Assembly: GCF_009914755.1 (NCBI RefSeq) | Contig: NC_060930.1 | DNA from: the human T2T-CHM13v2.0 reference genome, Homo sapiens | DNA: 64,000 bases | Direction: 5' to 3' (one strand) | Shown here: one piece after another, positions 55,921-64,000 of the stretch | Layout of the letters: every line of letters begins with the position of its first letter | Position numbering within the stretch: position 1 is the first letter of the stretch | Made by a program: the position numbers and the translations under genes | Notes under the pieces: model-generated | What the model saw: only the letters and a program-made list of their open reading frames with translations | Databases searched by the model: none | What the model was told of the DNA's origin: nothing

Positions 55921-57854
55921 AAAAATGTTCCAGTAATTATGAAATATTTTAATATAAATCAGTTTTTAAAAACTGTTTCAGAAACTGTAAAATACTATAT
56001 TAATAAAGCATTAGTTTTGCTAGACCTCAGAATTTTATCTTTGATTTTATAATCATGCTGAAGTATAATTAATATAATTGTTTATTGTAAATACTTGCTT
56101 ACATAATTTGACCAATATCTCTCGGCTCGGTTGCTTCTCTGAACCTGTTACTTCATGCGTAAAGCCTATATAACAATATCTACCTTTAGTAAAGGCAATA
56201 ATATATGCAAAGTACTTAATCCAGTTGCTTATTATGTAGATTCAATTAATACAAATTATTTCTGTTACAAAGTTATCATAGATTTTGTTCTCCCCACTAA
56301 CCATAGTTACAAATGTTTATATGACTCCAGGACTGTACTAAATTCTGGTAGTTTTGTAGTCTCCTGCTCATTTTTCTTCTTTTCTCATTTCCTCCCAAAA
56401 GCAAAGGATTTACAATGACCATAATTATCATGATAAATCATTGGATGTATGATTAATGAGGTAGTGTGACAGTTATTCTTTATGTTAGAGGCTGTGTCCC
56501 ACTGAGACATCTGAACAGCGAATCTGCTTTAAAAGATGAAGCCAGGGAGGGTCTTGCATGGTCAGACACAGGTTGCTGTCAAGGTGATTCTTGTCAAAGT
56601 TATAGCCTCACTTTCATATTTTTTTATTTTGTATTTTTTCTTAAAGCGAGTGTTTTGAAAATATTATCCCACCTGCAGGAACATGGTGATTGGTAACATG
56701 AAGGCCTGTTTGAGAAACAAAACACTGCTGCAAAAAATCTGATTTAGCACCATGAATTTTATTCAGTTTTAGCATAGAATTTCATTGCTCATCCAGGGGT
56801 AACCTAATCTGTCATACAAAGTTGCCTTCTTTTTCATTTCAGAAAGTGCCCGGCTCTTATTGCCTGTGTGCCTTTGAAAAAAAATCAACAGTTTAGAAGG
56901 AAGGGGCCCGATACTCTGCTCTCTTTCCCTGCCTTCTGTCCAAGTTCACGAGATTGGCCCTAAAAATTCCTCTCAGAATTTTACCAATTTCATCCTGCAG
57001 ACTGTATTAATGAGTGTCATATCTCAGCAACAATCATTTCATATTAAATTTAGAATTAAGCTAATGTGGTAGAATGATCCGCATGCCAAAACCTCTTCAT
57101 TCCTTTTCCAGTCCTTCACACAACGGCAGACTAGAACCAAATGCTCAAATATCCTTCTTATATAACTAAATGGAGGTGAGCGTTTCCCTGTCTCTTTATC
57201 TTCCACCCTTGTTCTCCAACTCCCTTTTTATTTATATAACCAGCTGGAATTATAATTTACCGGTGTGCTAAGGGGACATCAGTGATTCTCCAGATGGCTC
57301 AAACCAACCCATGAGAGTACATTTCTTTTCACATTTGATCTTAGAATAGCCAATATGTTCCTAGCAAGAACTAAGCAGTTGACCCATGTATTGCAATAAG
57401 TTTCCTTTTACCTGTTTTCTGATGATGAATGCCCATATTCCTTGATATTATCTATCCCCTATGCATCTCTGTATATTTTCCTCTTTAAGATTTTTCTTTA
57501 TGTTTAATCTGAGGATAAGTAGGAGGGAAGCTTTTAATTTAAAAAAATTATTTGATATTTAAGCCAGCTTCTTCTCCTAGCATATGTTTCAGCTTCTGAA
57601 ATGCAGGTCTTAAACTTCATGTTGAGAAATGCAGATATTTATTCTAAAAGCATTTCTGAGAAAGTAAAAATATGCCTATAAATAAATGAAGACAAAAGGA
57701 AGATGGGGAAGAGAAAGTTATGTATAAAATTTTCTTCTAAAACCTCTGATCAAATTCTCTGCCAAATTGTATAGAATGAAGTTATATAATATCCGTTTGC
57801 TTACTGCAATCAAGTGTTCACACCATCAGTGCAGATTTTGCATTTTATTCAGTT

Positions 57855-58597
57855 TTAATCATCAGAGAAATGCAGATTAAAGCCATAATGCGATAACAAC
57901 TTGCCTGAGCCAGTATGGCCATTATTAAAAAGTCAAAAAACAATAGATGTTGGCGCAGATTTACTGAAAAGGAAATGCTTATATGCTGCTGGTAGGAATG
58001 TGAATTAGTACAATTCCTATGGAAAACAGTTTAGAGGTTTCTCAGGGAACTAAAAGTAGATCTACCATTTGATCCAGCAATCCCACTACTGGGTATCTAC
58101 TCAAAAGAAAAGAAGTCATTATATCAAAAGGACACCTGCACGTTTATGTTTATCACAGCACAATTCACAATTGAAAATCAACCTAAGTGTCCATCAAAGT
58201 ATGGGTGAATAAAGAATATCTGGTGTATATATACCATGGAATACTACTCAGCCATAAAAATAATGAAATTATGTATTTTTCAGCAAGTTGGATGGAACTG
58301 GAGACCATTAACATAAGTAAAGTAACTCAAGAATGGAAAAACAAATACTGCCATGTTCTCACTTAGAAGTGGAAGCTAAGCTGTGGATATGCAAAGGCAT
58401 ACAGCATGGTATAATGGACACTGGAAACTCAGAAGGGAGCGGGGTGGGAGGGAAGTTAGGGATGAAAAATCACCTGTTGGGTACCATGTGCCCAACTTTT
58501 TGGGTAATGGGTACACCCAAAGCCCAAGCTTTACCATTTTATAATTCATCCATGTAACCAAAAGCTACTTGTAACCCTAAAGCTATTAAAAATAATT
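57855..58597 (+). mobile_element. L1PB (L1PB4-like) ORF2 end plus 3' UTR
   Basis: aatcatcagagaaatgcagattaaa...tttgatccagcaatcccactactgggtatctac...atgttctcactt...gcaaaggcatacag...ccctaaagctattaaaaataa. Confidence 0.9.
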
Positions 58598-59134
58598 TTA
58601 AGACATAGACACATAGACACTTGAAGACACTAAGCCTAATAAATTCAGGCATTACTATGAAATTCACAATATGATTCACTGAGTAAATTCAAATTTACTT
58701 GTTACTCTGTTAAAAAAAATAAAACGTCAAAAAATCAATAAATAATGAAAAGCAAGGATTCTAAAATGATCCTAAGAACTGTAAATAAACTAGCAATGAA
58801 AAATATTCATTAGAAATGATAATGTATATATATTATATATAATATATATATATAAAATAAAGAGCCAAAGGAGCAATATATGATAAATGATTCTTATTCT
58901 AGTCTAAAACCAACCAGATGCAGCAAAATAACATTTATAGTAAATGAAAATATTCTAAGTTCGTTTCAATTGTCAAAATGACTTTATTGGGCCAGATTGA
59001 GAGTAAAGATGTACAACTATTATTAAAATAAAAGCAAAATTTAAGAATATTAGGATGTTTATATTCATATAAAATAAACCATAAAAGCTTTTCACTGCCT
59101 ATTCTGAATTTTCACAGTAATTCTACTACAGTGT

Positions 59135-60200
59135 TTATTCACTCATTTGTTCACCCAACATACCCACTGTGTGCCTGTACTATGCATATTTGTTGAGAGT
59201 GAGAGTACAGTAAGAAGCAAAAAAATTAAAGAAATGTTAAGGAAATGTCAGCACCCTGCCATTCATGGTGACTGCCTCAGTTTCCCTGCAGCCCAGGAAG
59301 AGGGTCGCAGCTAATATAGATGGAGGCAGGATTCAGATGGCTTTCTTTGCTACACTCTGGAACATGGGGTTTGTAAGATGGATTTTGTCCTTTATCCATA
59401 GGTAAATGGGAAAACTGATCATTTTGAACAGATGAGGGTCACTTATTATCAAACTTCCTCAGAAACTCACAACGGCAGCAATGTGAAGGGTGTCGTGGGA
59501 GGGTGTGAAACTGTAGACCCACATGCGTTAGAAGACCATCAGCAGAATGAGATGAGAGATGAGGAGGGCCTGACTAGAAAGGTGGAGTTTAAGAACTTAG
59601 TGATGTAATTTTCAGGACTTAGTGATGATTAGACAACAGGATTGAAAAAAAAAAAAAAAAGACACAAGTCTAGTGTGGCTCCTGGCTTTGTGTCATGAAT
59701 AGCTTGGTGAATTTCTAAAATGAGGACTGCAGAAGGAAAAGTAGGTTTGTGGAAGATGGTGTCGGCTTAGGACATGTGAAGCATCTGAGATGCATCTCAG
59801 TGGTAGACAGTTGAGACAGGTAAGTCTTGAGTTCAGGAGAGGCCTGAGCTGGGTAAAAATGTTTGTCAGATTTACAAGTCATCAGCATAGGTGACTGTTG
59901 AAACTCAGAGAGTAATAAGCTTGCCTGGAGACAGCTTGTAAGGAAAACAAAAAAAGTCTCAATAGCAGACTCCTGGAGAATGTAAACACCTAAGTTATCA
60001 TTAGAACAAGAGAAATTAGCAAAGGAGAATTTTAAATAGGAAGGAGGACTACCAGGAGAGAGTCACGATTCAGAAGGGATGGGAAAAAAAACAATTTCAA
60101 AATTAAATAAGATAAGGACTGAATGATAACGTCGTCTTTGGCCATAATTATGTCATTGGTAAACTGCCAGAGCAAATTAGTATGGTAAATTGCAGAGGCT
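59135..60200 (-). mobile_element. L2 fragment
   Basis: Begins ttattcactcatttgttcacccaaca; internal tgagttcaggagaggcctgagctgg, agtcatcagcatagg, aaataagataaggactgaa. Confidence 0.7.
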
Positions 60201-60434
60201 ATGACCAGTAAAATTTAATAGGCACCAATCTTATCAATGATCATGTCGTCAATTCTAAAAATTACACAGAAATAACTTATTCATTGGAATAAGTTTGTTT
60301 TAGAATGAGAAAGTATTTGCATATGCTACATAGAAAATTGATTTAGAAATTATATTTTCTAGAAGAAAATTCCTTCCAGTTAAAAAAAAATTCTGATTAA
60401 AGTAATTGTATTTTGGGAATATGAGCCCCCACTT

Positions 60435-62080
<1,646 letters not shown>

Positions 62081-62814
62081 ACAAAATAATAAAAATCATT
62101 CCAACAAAGACTCACAAGAATTGTAAGAGGAAAGTTATTTTTCTGAATATTATGGTTGAGAATAGAGCTATGAAGAATCTGAGAGTTAACTTACAGGTAA
62201 AGGGTTTCACTAGGCAGATACACAGTCATTCTAATTTGGAGGAATGACATGGAATAATATGAAGTAAAATAGTGTATATGCTTGGGAAGTGGGTACAATT
62301 GGACCATCTCATTGGATTCATTTCAGGGACTTTTAGGGCTAGGTTTAGGCTTCAAAAATAGATAATGTCATAACCATACAACAGCTTGCATTCCAAGGAA
62401 AGGGGTTTGGATTTTTATTCCGGAAGCAGTTGGAGAGTCAAGGAAAGTTTCTGAGCATGGGAGTGGCACAGTCAAACAGAAATTTTGGAATCTTGATCCG
62501 ATAAAAGCTATTTGGCTTTTTATCAGAAAGTTTAGGACAAACAAGACAGGACAATCCTGCGGTGGCCTGCTGTTCCTTGGGAATGGAAAGGAGAATGCAG
62601 TACTGAGAGACAGCCTCAGGGTAGATTCAAAGGACATCAGCCCCAAAATAATCACATTCACATTCTCTAAGTATCAAGATTTAAAATGAATAGGCTACTG
62701 CAGGCTGTCATTTCTAAGCCCCAAATGAACCTCATATGGGGTGAAATTTTATCAGTAGTACCTTACCTGTGTGAGAAAATAAATATTACTTCAATTTGTG
62801 CTGTATTCTTGATC

Positions 62815-64000
62815 TGTTAAAACAAACTAAATATGGCCTGAGAAGGACCCTGTATTTCTAAAAATACAGAGTATGTATGCTAAAAACTAGAATTAGCTAA
62901 ACATAAAATTACCTGTGCAGCTGCTGAGACTTGTGGCCTTTGGAGAAATACATCAAATGTAGATTATAAAAATTCAGTTGTAGGGGATTAATGAAAAGAC
63001 ATTTAGTCAAGTGAGTAAACTCCTCATCTAGCTCATTCTTTTATCTACTTAATTTTAGGTGGTTTGGATTATGGGGACCCTGGGTATGGAGCATATTCCA
63101 AACTCTTGGTTTTATCCTCCCAATAGTCATAATAATAGCCTCCCTGATGCACTGTATTTTCTCAAAGTTTTTAAATGTTTGCATGCAGCCATCTCTAGAA
63201 CCTCAAATAGTCTCTCTTCAACAGGAATGACAAAAGCTGAAAGAAATGTGTGACCATGAGGACACTGTAAACCATGAATGACATGCTGAAACCGGAAACC
63301 CAGGATGATCATAACTGAGAGTGGCGCTAACATCATAAGTTTTAGTCATACTCTCACCTAAGTAAGAACCTGGCCAGAAAACGGGAATATTTTTTAAACA
63401 AAATTATGGGAGGCCATTATTTTGGACTGAGCTCATGCACTAGGCCCCAACAAACCAAACTAAAATAGAGTCACTCATGCTAAATATGACATAGTCAAGC
63501 TAAGCCTTTAAGAAAACACATAGATGCTAACATGAACAGACCAGGTTTTGTTTTTCTACTGTTAACAGAATGTTCCAGCATAAGGAGGTACCCTCTACTC
63601 GGTCCTTATTACCTCTTTGTAAAACTCATTGTTCTACTGTTTCCCAGTGAGTTTCAAAACCATATAAGTACATTTACGATCGTGATAGTAACATCAATGA
63701 CTAAGGTTTTGGTCAATCTCTCAATGTTGAGAAAATGACCAAAAGGGGAGAATTGTCAGAGCAAACTAAATGTGGTCTGAGAAGGACTCTATACTTCTAT
63801 AGTTGCGTCCTTGTGGAGGAACTGTAACCTAGCTTAATAGACAAAATTAAAAACCTAACTTATTAGTACATACCTGTAAAAATAGCTGAATGTTGGCCAA
63901 TCCCGGTGGCTATATTTCAACCACTCATAGACTGTGTAATGTTCAAACTGCATTCAAATAAGGCAATTCCTGAGCTATAATCAGTCTCACTCTTTCTGTA
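62815..64000 (+). mobile_element. Internally deleted ERV1 provirus (MER57-like): 5' LTR stub, env/3' internal region, PPT, and 3' LTR running off the window
   Basis: 62815-62860 matches the LTR start at 63754 (38/46). Polypurine tract aaaaggggag at 63741-63750 directly precedes the LTR TG. Confidence 0.85.
62911..63230 (+). pseudogene. Retroviral env transmembrane-subunit remnant
   Basis: TCAAAETCGLWRNTSN (degenerate CX6CC region), then after disruptions an open frame 63015-63230: VNSSSSSFFYLLNFRWFGLWGPWVWSIFQTLGFILPIVIIIASLMHCIFSKFLNVCMQPSLEPQIVSLQQE*. Confidence 0.75.

Noticed and set aside
56740-56760. miRNA seed-like strings (tagcaccat here; tagcagca near 53686; tgaggtag near 30063)
   Set aside because: No match beyond the seed and no hairpin arm.
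58435-58461. G4 motif
   Set aside because: This is the known G-rich tract of the L1 3' UTR; explained by the repeat.

Overview
Primate (very probably human) non-coding genomic DNA. It is AT-rich, CpG-depleted and repeat-dense. I recognise no intact protein-coding gene, RNA gene or CpG-island promoter, and the supplied ORFs are Alu-derived or chance ORFs. The window holds ten Alu copies (AluJ, AluS and AluY types, most with visible target-site duplications), several L1 fragments, L2, L3/CR1 and MIR relics, and MER5/hAT and MADE1 DNA transposons. There are four ERV1-class LTR elements: an LTR48-like solo LTR, a MER61-like LTR, a MER41B-like solo LTR, and a deleted MER57-like provirus at the right edge with a readable env transmembrane remnant. 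The most notable observations are: (i) a 34-bp copy of the MADE1/L2 junction 1070 bp upstream of its source, a likely templated-repair scar; (ii) the MER41 LTR carrying intact GAS and IRF motifs, a candidate interferon-inducible enhancer; (iii) two perfect DR3 nuclear-receptor elements with the same 5' flank; (iv) a closely spaced inverted Alu pair; (v) an NF-kB-like hairpin/palindrome cluster; and (vi) candidate non-coding exons on both strands, including a 27-nt microexon-like unit. Repeat subfamily names come from recalled consensus sequences, and boundaries of old repeats are approximate. I cannot name the locus, and the sequence alone does not demonstrate a new biological system.
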